A stretch of DNA of 64,000 bases from Camelus dromedarius (lineage: Eukaryota). Of the stretch, positions 13,901 through 25,955 are shown piece after piece. The stretch lies in assembly GCF_036321535.1 (NCBI RefSeq), contig NC_087436.1, forward strand, positions 26,104,001 through 26,168,000, given 5' to 3'. Every line of letters starts with the position of its first letter. The stretch's first letter is position 1. The translations under genes and the position numbers were made by a program. The notes beneath the pieces were generated by a model that saw only the letters and a program-made list of their open reading frames with translations, was not told the DNA's origin and did not search any database.

Positions 13901-14363
13901 AGAGGTGGTGTCTTGATTGATGGTTCTTGTCTCTAGAATGCTTAGTCATGTTTGCCCCCTTTGCACATGTCCTTACCCATGATGCACACAGAAGAACCTA
14001 TGGGGGAGCCTAAACCGCAATGCTAATTATAATACAATGAGCATTGGGTCACGTCTGGTTAAGTCCTTTCTGCTACCACTCAGTTGTGGCTGTGGGGTTC
14101 TAACTGGTTTCTTGCTGGCACTCTCTTAGAAGAAGTAAAGTCCCTTTATGCTGAAGGCAGGCATAACACCATCTTCCAGACCATCCTCCCTCTTCCCCAC
14201 CTATCTGCCTGGTGCCCCCACTTATCTAACTACCTAACATGTGGATTGTAATCATCTTGCTAACTTTCCTTATCTAAGTTTCCTTCCAGAAGAGAAGCTC
14301 AACAGAATCTTAGGGAACTGCTCCCTGATTACATATGTAAAATTATATCTAAGTGGAGTGGAC
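10985..14363 (+). mobile_element. pol: Decayed ERV-L (LTR16/ERV3-16A3-like) internal region: RT, RNase H, integrase, dUTPase remnants
   Basis: Motifs read directly: SLVEQINITTGT**AAIEVANIF (~11040), LPQGYINSPVLCHN (11180), ITLVHCID (11262, decayed YIDD), QLTEEE...CFTYRSA (12060-12110, decayed WFTDGSA), ATWWQVD (12725), LIHRHRIPHTI (12880), QQARKG (13381). Many stops and frameshifts. Interrupted at 13699-14239. Confidence 0.9.
13699..14239 (-). mobile_element. Younger solo LTR (ERV1-like) nested in the ERV-L
   Basis: Termini TGTTA...TAACA, 541 bp. Minus-strand TATAA (13887-13891) and AATAAA (13797-13802) in LTR order. TSD ambiguous (acatgtg overlaps both ends). Confidence 0.8.
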
Positions 14364-14746
14364 CATGGAGGATGCACAGATGCACTAACCATGATCTCCC
14401 TTCAAGGAAGGGATTTTTGCCTCAGCTGTGGGGAGTGCTGGAAGTAGAAAGCCTTCAGCTCTATCCCCTTCAGGAATTCCTTCTGTTGTAGTGAGCCACT
14501 TAACCTAGTCATGATCTGAGGCGGTAGCCTGTATCCAGTGAGTGGTCAAGCTAAAGTCTAGCTCAACATGAAGAACTCTGGGATGCTCCACAGACCCACA
14601 TGGTGGTAGCTGAAATTGTCAGGCCTGAGTCTAACTTGACTTCTTTGACTAGTTCTGCTGCTTCTCCCTTCGAGGGCCTTCCTTAATAAATATCCTGAAC
14701 ATTAAATCCTTTTAGATCTGCTTCCCATTGAACAAAACATGCAACA
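14364..14746 (+). mobile_element. LTR16-like 3' LTR of the ERV-L
   Basis: Follows the purine tract aagtggagtggac (14351-14363). Contains gatctcccttcaagg, AATAAA 14685-14690 and tctgcttccc...gcaaca end. Confidence 0.8.
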
Positions 14747-14751
14747 AATCC

Positions 14752-15190
14752 TGTTACTTGACCCATGCACTTTAGCTTCACGCATTTTAAGGTTACATTA
14801 TTTAACCTTGTAGTGTAAGCTCTGACACTTGGCTTTTCTTTTTGTAATGCAAGAGCCTGACTTAAGCTTTGCTTGCTGAGGCAGGCATCCACTACAAAAA
14901 GGCATCCATTTCAAAGAAGCAACTGTTCCGGGGAAGGCTATCTCAAATGAACACATTGCAAGCCACAAGACTAGGTAAAGAGACAGGATGCATTTCCTCA
15001 TGAGGCTCCTTTATTTTAGAGATTTTGGTTGATTTTGTTACCTGACCATTTGAACCACTTGTTTTTTCTCTTGCTGCACTTCAAATTACTGCTTATGTGT
15101 TTTAAATTCACCAATAAAAAGTGAGTCTGAAACTCTAGACCCCACCCTTGAGCTCAATGAGAGGGCCCCAAGGCATTTCTAGCTGATGGT
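14752..15190 (+). mobile_element. Probable MER74/MER54-like LTR fragment
   Basis: Starts TGT. Contains ttaaattcaccaataaa...ctagaccccacccttg, resembling this LTR group. Confidence 0.45.
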
Positions 15191-15249
15191 CCATCGGCTG
15201 AGACCAGCACAAAACAGACCTGTACAATTTTATGAATAGCACGTGCTGA

Positions 15250-15690
15250 TTGGGTATTATAAATTGTATCATTATTAAATAACCATTTTTACTCTCTGGT
15301 GATTTTATCTTAAATTGCACTTTGCCTGAGATTAATTTTGTTACCTCTGCTTTATTTTTGTTTATGCCTGTTTATTGTTTTTTTTTTTAATACATCTTCA
15401 TTCTTTTAGGCATGTATTTTGTAGACAATATGTATTTAGACCTTTAAGCCAATTTAATAGTGCCTTTTAATAGGGAAGCTGAAATCTTTTATAGCTATAA
15501 TTTATATGCTTGGCATTATAGACTTTAAAATTATGTCACTCTTATTTATTCCTTTATTATTTTTATTCTTTTTTCTTCTGTCTCTTGGTATGTAGTTTAT
15601 GTTTAGTATATATTTTTTGTATTCTCCAGTGATTTGAGAGGCATATGCCACTCTTATGTTTGGCAGTGGTTAATGTAAAGTTTAAAGTAG
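15250..15690 (-). mobile_element. Ancient L1 fragment (ORF2 endonuclease start region)
   Basis: cttaaattgcactttgcctgagattaat...tttgtagacaatat resembles the antisense of the L1 EN region. Confidence 0.55.
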
Positions 15691-18600
15691 GCACCTCAGC
15701 TTTTCAAAGCCTGGCAGACAGTTTGTGGGGAAAATAACTTCATAACCAAAAAAGCATAAGCACTATATCTCTGGTGCATTTTAATTTACACTTGATCCTA
15801 AGAAACTCATTATAGGAAATGAGTTTTTCAACAGTGCTTCCTTAGTAGCATAAGGCAATGAGCAATTTAGAAACACAAGAACATTTTACATTTTTGAATC
15901 CAAATTTAGTAATTTTAGAAATTTTTGTTTACATTTTTAAAATGACTAACAGTAAACTAACTCAAATGTAGTTTGATGTTGAAAGAAATTTAGCTCAGTT
16001 TGTGAATATTTATGCAGAATTCCTCTTGAAACCAAAATAATTTTACTGAAATCAACCATAGTTTACTTAACAACACATTTAGAAAATATTGTGTATGTTT
16101 ACCCAGCAAACAAAGCATTCAGAACCCACAGATTTGATGTTTCTGCTAACCTTTTCATCAAAAGCTGTTTCAAAGAAGATGTGAGATTAGCAAATGATTA
16201 ATTTAAACTTTCTATTTTAGTGTAATCAAATAGTTCACATTTCTAGATTGCATTTTTTTAATCGACCAGTATTATTTTCTTACTCAGCCCAGCTGTTTTT
16301 GACAGACAGAATAGTGCAATTTGGAAGTGGCAAGGGAAGTTTATATTCTAACTACAGAGATGGAAAATTACCTCTGTTGCTAAATACAAGGGGGATCTAC
16401 AAAATAAGAGTAGAATGAAATGCCACAATTCCTAAGAATGGCAAAAAACTGGATACGGAGAGCACTTGAGTATTTGCTTTGGCTGTATCAGGCAGTCCAT
16501 TCTAACTCAATTTTATATTAAGACATTTGAAGTTTTTAGAAATATTGCAGAATATAAAATATATTTCTGGCATTACCAACTAATAACTTGTGTTTACTTA
16601 TTCCATAAATCCAGTTAATACTATTTCAGTATTATTTCTTACTCTGAACATTATGATAATTATTTGATATGCTCTAATCTAAATCATTAATAATAAGAAA
16701 ATATTAGGCATGAAAATAATTGATTCAAACTATCATCAGTTTTATTTATAAGATTTTTATAGTATAGTTAGTTATATAGCTCTTTAATTTGTTGTAGAAG
16801 TCATATATAAAGTCATGCATAGAATTATTATATTTATATCTTTTTTTATTCTGTCAGTAAGTAGAAATTTAAATAATTGCTAGTAATAATGCTCATTTTA
16901 GAATCACCATTGACAACTTTGTACCCAAATCTTATCTCTTGTCAACAAATATTTTTGAAATTAGATATGGATTTCTATATTTATATATAAATCAGTATAT
17001 AATTTTTCAAGTTTTTATTGTGGTAAAATACATATAATATTAAATTTATCTTAACCATTTTTCAGTGTATATAGTTTAGTGTTGTGAAGTACATTCATAT
17101 TGCTCTGCAAGTGTCACCACCATCTGTCTTCTGAACCATTTTCTGTTACAAAGCTGAAACTCTGTATCCATTAAACAATAACTCCTCATTTCCCCTTTGT
17201 CCAGCCCGTGGCAGCCACCATTCTTCTTTCTGTCTCTATGATTGTGACTACTGTAAGTATGTCATGTAAATGGAATATTTGTCTTTTTGTGACTGGCTTA
17301 TTTAACTTAGCATAGTTTTCAAGGTTCATCCATGTTAGTATATGTCAAAATTTTCCCCCTTTTTAAAGCTGAATAATATTTCATTGTATGTATATACTAC
17401 ATTTTGCTCATCTTCTTCATCCATCAATGAAATTTGGGTTGCTTCCATATTTTAGCTTTTGTTAATAATGCTTTTATGAACATGAGTGTACAAATATATC
17501 ATTTGAGACCCAGATTTAAAGTCTTTGGGTATATACTCAGAAGTGGAATTACTGGATCATATGGTAATTCTATTTTTAATTTTTTGAGGAACCACCATAC
17601 TGTTTTCCACAGAGTTTGTGCTATTTTACATTCCCACCAAAAGTGCACAAGGATTCTAATTTCTCCAAATCATCAATTTCTCGACATCATAACCAATACA
17701 TCATTTTCTAATTTTTTGGCTTTGTTGAAAAATCTATCCTATTTCCAGTGAATGGTCTTGGCACCTTTGTCAAAAATAATTTGACCATATATGTGAGAGT
17801 TTATTTCTGGGCTCTCTATTCTATTCCATTCTATTTATCTTTATGACAGTATTACTACATTTTGTTTTGATTGTTAGAACTTTATAGCAATTTTTGCAAT
17901 CAAGAAGGTAAGTCTTCCAGCTTTGTTCTTTTTTTTTTTTTTTTTTTTTTTTGGATTGTCTTGGCTTAGGCAATATGAAGTAGTTTCCATATTAATTATA
18001 GGATGTTTTTCTATCTTTGCAGAAATCATTGGCATTTTAATAGAGATTACATTGAATCTGTACATAGCTTTGTGTAATATTGATATCTTAACAGTACTAA
18101 GTCTTACAGTGCATAAGCATGTCTTTTCCATTTATTTGTCTTTAATTTCCTCAGTAATGTGTTGTAGTTTTAATTGTATATCTTTTACCTCCTTAGTTAA
18201 TTCTTAAATAGTTCATTCTTTTTGATATTATTATAAATGAAATTCTTTTCTTAAATTTATTTTCAGATTGAAAACTTATTTCAGATTGTTAGTGAGTAGC
18301 ATTGCAGCTGATTTTTGTGTTCACTTTGTATTACACTACTTTACTGAATTTATTAGTTCTGAATTTAGTACGTGTATATGTATGTGTGTAATGTCTAGGA
18401 TTTTGTACATATAAACTCATGTCATCTGTGAACAGAGATAATTTTGCTACTTTCTAATTAGGATAACTTTATTTTTATTTTGGACTAATTGCTCTGGCTA
18501 GAATTTTCAGGGTTCTGTTGAATAGAAGTGGTGAAAGCTGGTATACTCCCCTTTTTCCAGAACTTAAAGGAAAAGCTTACAGGGTTTTAGCATTTAGTAT

Positions 18601-21600
18601 TATGTTTTCTTTTAGTTTTTAATTTGGCTTTTATTATGTTCAGATAGTTTCCTTCTATTCCTAGTTTGTTGAGTGTTTTTATCAAAAAGGGTGTTGAATT
18701 TTATCAAATGCTTTTCTGTATCACTTGAGATGATCATTTTTTTGGCCTCTTTTATTTTATTACTGTAATATAGTTCATTGATGAATTTTCATATTGTGAT
18801 TCTAGCGTTCCAGGAATAAATCCCACTAGGTCATGGTGTATAATCTTTTCCTATGCCACTGAACTTGGCTTGCTAATATTTTGTTAATTTTTGAACCAAT
18901 GTTCATAAGGGACAATGTCTGTACTTTTCTTGTAATGTCTTTGGTTTGGGTATCGATGTAACACTGGCCTTATAAAATGAGTTAAAAATTGTTTCTTCCT
19001 CTTCAGTTATTTGGGAAAGTTTGGAAAGGATTGGTGTTATTTAAGATTTAGTAGACTTCACCAGTGTAACCATCAGGTACGAAGATTTCTTTTGCCAGAT
19101 AATTTTTGATTACTGATTCAATCACTGTATTAGTTTTAAGTCTTTCTAGATTTTTTTTAACTTTTTCATGGTATAGGCTTCATGAGTTTTTTGTTACTAA
19201 GAAATTGTCCATAATCTATGCTGTCCAATTTCTTGGCATACAGTTACTCATATTATACTCATATTTTTTTTTTTTAATTCTGTGGAATTGGTAGTAATGG
19301 CCCCACTTTCATTTGTGATTTTAGTAATTTGAGTCTTCTTTCTTTTTTTCTTAGTCCATCTAGCTAAAGGTTTGTCAATTTTGTGAAAGTTTTCAAAGAA
19401 CCATCTTTTGGTTTCATTGATCTACTCAATTGTTTTTCTATTCCCCATTTTGTCTCTGCTCTAATTTTTATTTATTGCTAATCTTTATTTATTATTCATC
19501 TTTATTATTTCTCCTTTTTCTGGGTGCTTAATTTGTAAAGTTAGGCTATTTTTCTTATCTTTCTTGTTTTTTAAAGAAATTGTTTATAGATACAAATTTT
19601 CCCCTTAGCACTACTTTTGGTGCTCCTATAACTTTTGGTATGTTGTGTTTTCATTTTCATTTATCTTAAATATTTTTAAAAATTTTCCTTGTGATTTATT
19701 CTTTGACCAACTGATTTAGAGTATGTTCTTTAATTTCCACAAATTTGAGAATTTTCTAATTTTTTAAATCTTGTTATTCATTTCTAACATTATCCTGTTG
19801 TGGTCAGAGAAGTTCCATTGTATGATATCTTTATTTTTAAATTTAATGAGATTTAATTTGTGGCCTAACATATGATATGTCCTCAAAAATTTCCCATGTG
19901 CACTTTGTGAAGAATGTGTATTGTGATGTTGAAGTGTTCTGTAAATGCCTTTTAAATCTAGGTGGCTTATTGTGTTGTTTAAGTCCTCTATTTTCTTATT
20001 ATCTTCTTTACTTTTCTTTTACTTATGTTCTTTCCATTATTGAGAGTGAGGTATTATGTCTCCAGCTATTGTTGCACAACTGTCTATTTCTCCCTTTATT
20101 TCTGTCAATTTTTCCTTCATATATTTTAATGTTATGTTATTAGGTATATTAATGTTTATAATTGTTATGTATTTTCCTGCATTAAACCTTTTATTAATAT
20201 TTAATGTCCTTCTTTATATCTTCTAATCATTAAAGTCCATTTTGTCTGATATTAGCAGAGCCAATCCTGCTCTCTTCTAGTTACTATTTGCATGAAATAG
20301 TTTTTGCAATTTTTTATCTTTCAGCCTATTTTGTCTTTTGATCTAAACTGGGTCTCTTGTAGACAGCGTATAATTAGATTATGTTTTTTAATCCAGTCTT
20401 ACAATTTCTGTTTTTTGTTCGGAGAGTTTAATACACTTATATTTGAAGTAATTACTGATAAGGAAGGCTTTTGATTTTGTCATTTTGCTATTTGTTTCTC
20501 TTTATGACTTAGACCTCTTTTGTCCTCTGTTTCTTTCATTACTATCTTCTTTTGTGTTTATTTTTTTTTTGTAGTGATATACTTAAATTCCTTTCTCATT
20601 TCCTTTTATGCTATAGCTATTTTCTTTGTGGTTACCATGTGAATTACATATACTATCCTAGAGTTACAGCATTTTAATTTGAATTGATACCAGTTTAACT
20701 TCAATGACATGCAAAAACTCTGCTCTTTTACAAGCCCGTCCCCACTTCTTTCAGTTGTTGATCCCATATATTGCATCTTTATACATTCTGTGTCTTAAAT
20801 AAAATTTAATTTTTCATCTTTTTATGTAGAAAACAAAATGTGGGGAAAAGTTATATGATATTACAGCTATTAAAAATATGTTGGTCTCATAAATCATATG
20901 GAAAACAAAAAGTGAAGTTACACACTTTTGTTACAATAATGTTAACCTTTTAATTGCCCATATATTTACCTTTACTGATACCTTTATTTCATCATGTTGT
21001 CTGGTGTCCTTTCATTTCATCCTGTAGGACTCAAGTATTTATTTCATGGCAGATCTAGTGGTAACAGATTCCCTCAGCTTTTGTTTATCTAATTTTTTCT
21101 GCAGTTTTGAGGAACAGTTTTGTTGAACTGGATACTTGGTTGACTTTTTTTTTTTCCTTTAAGCATATTAAATTTATCAACCCACTGCCTTTTGGCTAAG
21201 AAATCTATAATCTATAATCACTTGTTGCTTTCAAGGTTCTCTCTTTGTCTTTATCTTTCAAATGTGTATCACATGGGTCTCTTTGAGTTTATTCTATTTG
21301 GAGTTTGTTCAGCTTCTTAGATGTTTATATACATGACTTTCATCAAATTTTGAATTTTTCAGGTACTAACTCTTCAAATAACCCATGCCCTTTTTTTCTT
21401 TCTTCTCCTTCTGGGACTTCCACAGTGTTTATGTGGTCCACTTGATGGTGTCTCACAGGTCCCTTAGGTTCTATTCACTTTTCTTTAATCTTTTTTTGTC
21501 TGTTCCTCAGGCTGGATGATTTCCATTGCTCTATTTTCAGATTAACTGATTATTTTTCTTCCTACTCAAATATGCCTTTGACTTTTTCTAGTGAAGTTTT

Positions 21601-22109
21601 CAGTTATTATATTTTCAGCTTTAGAATTTTTATTATTGTTTAGTTTTTAGATTTTTCTGTCTCTTTATTGATATATCCATTTTGCTTATATGTCATTTTC
21701 TTGACTTTATTCATATCTTCCTTTAGTTTTTTTAAATATCTTTTTTGTATATATATATATTTCTTGAAGTATAGTCAGTTTACAGTGTTGTGTCAATTTC
21801 TAGTGTACAGCATAATGCTTCAGACATACATGAACATACATATATATATTTGTATATATATTTGTTTTCATATTCTTTTTCACCATAAATTACTACAATA
21901 TATTGAATATAGTTCCCTATGCTATACAGTATAAACTTGTTGTTTATCTATTTAATATATATTAGTTAATATCTGCAAATCTCAAACTCCCAATTTATCC
22001 CTTCCCACTCTCTTTCCACTGCCCCCCTGGTAACCATAAATTTGTTTTCTATGGTTATGAGTCTGTTTCTGTTTTGTAAATAAGTTTGTTTGTCTTTTTT
22101 TTTTTTTTT

Positions 22110-22724
22110 TAAGATTCCACATATAAGTGACATCATATGGTATTTTTCTTTCTCTTTCTGGCTTCTTTCACTTAGTATGACAATCTCCAGGTTCACCCAT
22201 ATTGTTGCAAATGGCATTATTTTCTTCTTTTTTATGGCTGAGTAGTATTCCATTGTTAAATATACCACAACTTCTTTATCTAGTCATCTGTCAGTGGACA
22301 CTTAGGTTCCTTCCATGTCCTGGCTATTGTAAATAGTGCTTCTGTGAACACTGGGGTACATGTATCTCTTTGAATTAAGGACCCTCTGGATATTTGCCCA
22401 GGGACTGCTGGATCATGTGGTAAGTCTATTTTTAGTCTTTTGAGGAATCTCCATGTTATTTTCCATAATGGCTGCCCCAAACTACATTCCCACCAACAGT
22501 GTAGGAGGGTTCCCTTTTCTCCACAGTCTCTCCAGCATTTATTGTTTGTAGACTTTTGAATGATGGTCATTCTGACTGGTGTGAGGTGATACATCATTGT
22601 AGTTTTGATTTGGATTTCTCTGATAATTAGCGATATTGAGCATTTTTTCATGTGCCTGTTGGCCATTTCTATGTCTTTATTGGATAATTGCTTGTTTAGG
22701 TCTTCTGCTCATTTTTGGACTGTG

Positions 22725-22777
<53 letters not shown>

Positions 22778-25700
22778 GTTGTATGAGCTGTTTATATATT
22801 TTTTTTTCTGGAAATTAAGCCCTTGTCAGTTGTATCATTTACACATATTTTCTCCCATTCTGTAGGTTGTCTTTTTGTTTTGCATATGGTTTCCTTCACT
22901 TTGCAAAAGCTGATAAGTTTAATTAGGTCCCATTTGTTTATTTTTGCTTTTATTTCTATCGCCTAAGTAGACTGCCCTAGGAGAACGCTGCTGAGATATA
23001 TTTCAGATAATGTTTTGCGTATGTTTTCTTCTAAGGGGTTTATAGTGACTGTCTTATGTTTAAGTCTTCAAGCCATTTTGAGTTTATTTTTGTGTATGGT
23101 GTGAAGGGAATATTCTAACTTCATTGATTTACATGCAACTGACCAGTTTTCCCAACACCATTTGCTGAATTGGTGTTCTTGTATTGTATGTTCTTGCCTC
23201 CTTTGTCAAAGTTTAATTGACCAAAAGTTGGTGCTTTTATTTCTGGGCTCTCTATTCTGTTCCATTGGTCTATATGTCTGTTTTTGTACCAATACCATGG
23301 TGTTTTGACTACTGTAGCTCTGTAGTATTGTCTGAAATCTGGGAGGATTATTCCTCCAGGTTCATTCTTTTTCTTCAGTATTGCTTTGGCAATTCTGGGT
23401 CTTTTGTCATTCCATGTAGATATTAGGATTCTGTGATTCCATACAAATTTTAGGATTATTTGTTCTAGTTCTATAAAAAATGTCCTAGTTATTTGATAGG
23501 GATTGCATTAAATCTGTAGATTGCTTTAGGTGGTATGGCCATTTTAACAATATTAGTTCTTCCAGTCCAAGAACATGGGATATCTTTCTATTTCTTTAAG
23601 TCATTTTTAATTTCCTTAGTCAATGCTTTGTAGTTCTCTGGGTAGAAGTCTTTCACTTCCTTGGTCAGATTTATTCCTAAGTATTTTTTTTTTGGATGCA
23701 ATTTTAAAAGGGATTGTTTCTTTACTTTCCTTTTCTGATATTTTATTGTTAATGTAAAGAAATGCAACTGATTTCTGTCTGTTAATCTTGTATGCTGCTA
23801 CCTTACCAGATTCTTTTATCAGCTCTAGCAATTTTTGTGTGGAGCCTTTAGGGTTTTCTATATATAGTATCATGTCACCTGTATATAGTGACAATTTTAC
23901 CTCTTCTCTTCAGTTCGAATCCCTTTTATTTCTTCTTCTTATCTAATTGCAATGGCTAGGATTTCCAGTACTACATTGAATAGAAGTGGTTAGAGTGGGC
24001 ATCCTTGTCTTGTTCCAGATTTTGGCAAGAAGGCTTTCAGTTTTTTGCTGCTGAGTATTATGCTGGCTGTAGGCTTGTCATAAATGGCTTTTATTATGTT
24101 GAGATGTGTTCCCTCTTTACCCACTTTGGTTAGAGTTTTTATCATAAATGGGTATTGAGTTTTATCAAATGCTTTTTTGCATCTATTGAGATAATCATGT
24201 GGTTTTTGTTCTTTCTCTTGTTGATGTGATGTATTACATTGATTGACTTGCATATGTTGACCCACCCTTGTGTACGTGGGGTGAACCCCACTTGACCATG
24301 GTGTATAATCTTTTTTTTGTGTTGTTGGATTCTGTTTGGTAATATTTTGTTGAGGATTTTTGCATCTATGTTTATCAATGGTATTGGCTTACAGTTTTCT
24401 CTTTTGGTAGTGTCTTTGTCTGGCTTTAGTATCAGGTTGATGGTGGGTTCATAGAATGAGTTTGGGAGTCTTCTCTCCTCTTCAGTCTTTGAGAAGAGTT
24501 TTAGAAGGATCGATATGAGCTCTTTGTATGTTTAATAGAATTCCCCATGAAACCACCTGGTCCTGGAATTTTGTTTTTAGGGAGGTTTTTCTTATTGCTG
24601 ATTCTATTTCACTTCTAGTGATTGGTCTGTTCAAATGGTCTATTTTCTTGATTCAATTTTTGTGAACTGTATGTTTCTAGAAAGTTTTCCATTTTTTCTA
24701 GTTGTCCAATTTATTGCCATATAGTTGTTCATAGTATTCTCATAGGATGTTTTTGTATTTCTGTGGTGTTGGTTGTAATTTTTCCATTTTCCTTTCTTAT
24801 TTTATTTATTTGTGTCCTCTCTCTTTTCTTCTTGGTGAGCCTGACCAAAGGTGTGTCAGTTTGTTTACTCTTTCAGAAAACCAGCTCATGATTTGATTGA
24901 TTTTTCTATTGTTTTTTAAATCTTTTTTAATTTATTTCCTCCTTGATCTTTATTATTTCTTTCCTTCTGCTGATTTTAGATTTTGTTTGTTCTTCTTTAT
25001 CTAATTCTTGTAGGTTAGGTTGTTTATTTGAGATTGTTCTTGTTTGTTGAGGAAGGCATGGATTGCTATAAACTTCACTCTTAAGACTGCTTTTGCTGCA
25101 TCCTGTAGATTTTTGTGTGGTTGTGTTTTTATTGTCCTTTGTCTCAAGGTATTTTTTAAATTTATTATTTGATTTCATCATTGACCCATGGGTTTTTTAG
25201 TGGCACGTTGTTTAGTCTCCATGCTGTCATTTTTTCCCCATTTTGTATTTCTATGGTTGATGTCTAGTTTCGTGCAATTGTGTTTAGAGAAGATTGTTGA
25301 AATAATTTCTATACTCTTAAATTTGTTGATGCTTCTTTTGTGCCCAAGTATGTGATTTATCCTAGAAAATGTTCCATGAGTACTTGAAAAGAATGTATAT
25401 TCTGATTTTGGTGAATGTAATTTCCTAAAAATATCAACCAAATCCAACTGTTCTATTGTGTCATTTAGCATCTTCATAGCTTTATTGATTTTCTGTGTGG
25501 AAGACTTGTCCAATGGTATAAGTGGGGTGTTCAAGTCTCCTACTATAATTGTGTTCATCAATTTACATCAATTAGTATTTGTTTTATATATTTAGGTACT
25601 CCTATATTACGTGCAAATATTTTTATGAGTGCAATATCCTCATCTTGTATTACTTGTTTGATCATTATATAGTGTCCTTCTTTATCTCTCTTTATGGCCT

Positions 25701-25955
25701 TTGTTTTAAAGTCTATTTTGTCTGATATGAGTATTGCTACTGCCACTTTCTTGTCATTTCCATTTGCATGAAATATCTTTTTCCATCCTCTCACTTTCAG
25801 CCTATGTGTGTCCTTCACTCTCAAGTGGGTCTCTTGTAGGCAGCATATTGTGGGCTTGTTTTTATTATCCAATCTGCCATTCTGTGTCTTTTGATTGAGG
25901 CATTTTTTCCGTTGATATTTATAGTAATTATTGATAGATGTGTGTTTATTGCCAT
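22110..25955 (-). pseudogene. L1 ORF2 (endonuclease / reverse transcriptase), frameshifted
   Basis: ORF fragments [62 protein letters not shown] and [18 protein letters not shown] appear in colinear order. Confidence 0.95.
22725..22775. repeat. (ATT)17 microsatellite inside L1 ORF2
   Basis: Perfect trinucleotide run; gives the poly-Ile in ORF 22605-22865. Confidence 0.97.

Noticed and set aside
22110..25955. Functional L1 ORF2
   Set aside because: Broken into many frames by stops and frameshifts, the RT catalytic motif reads YTGD, and an (ATT)17 expansion lies within it.
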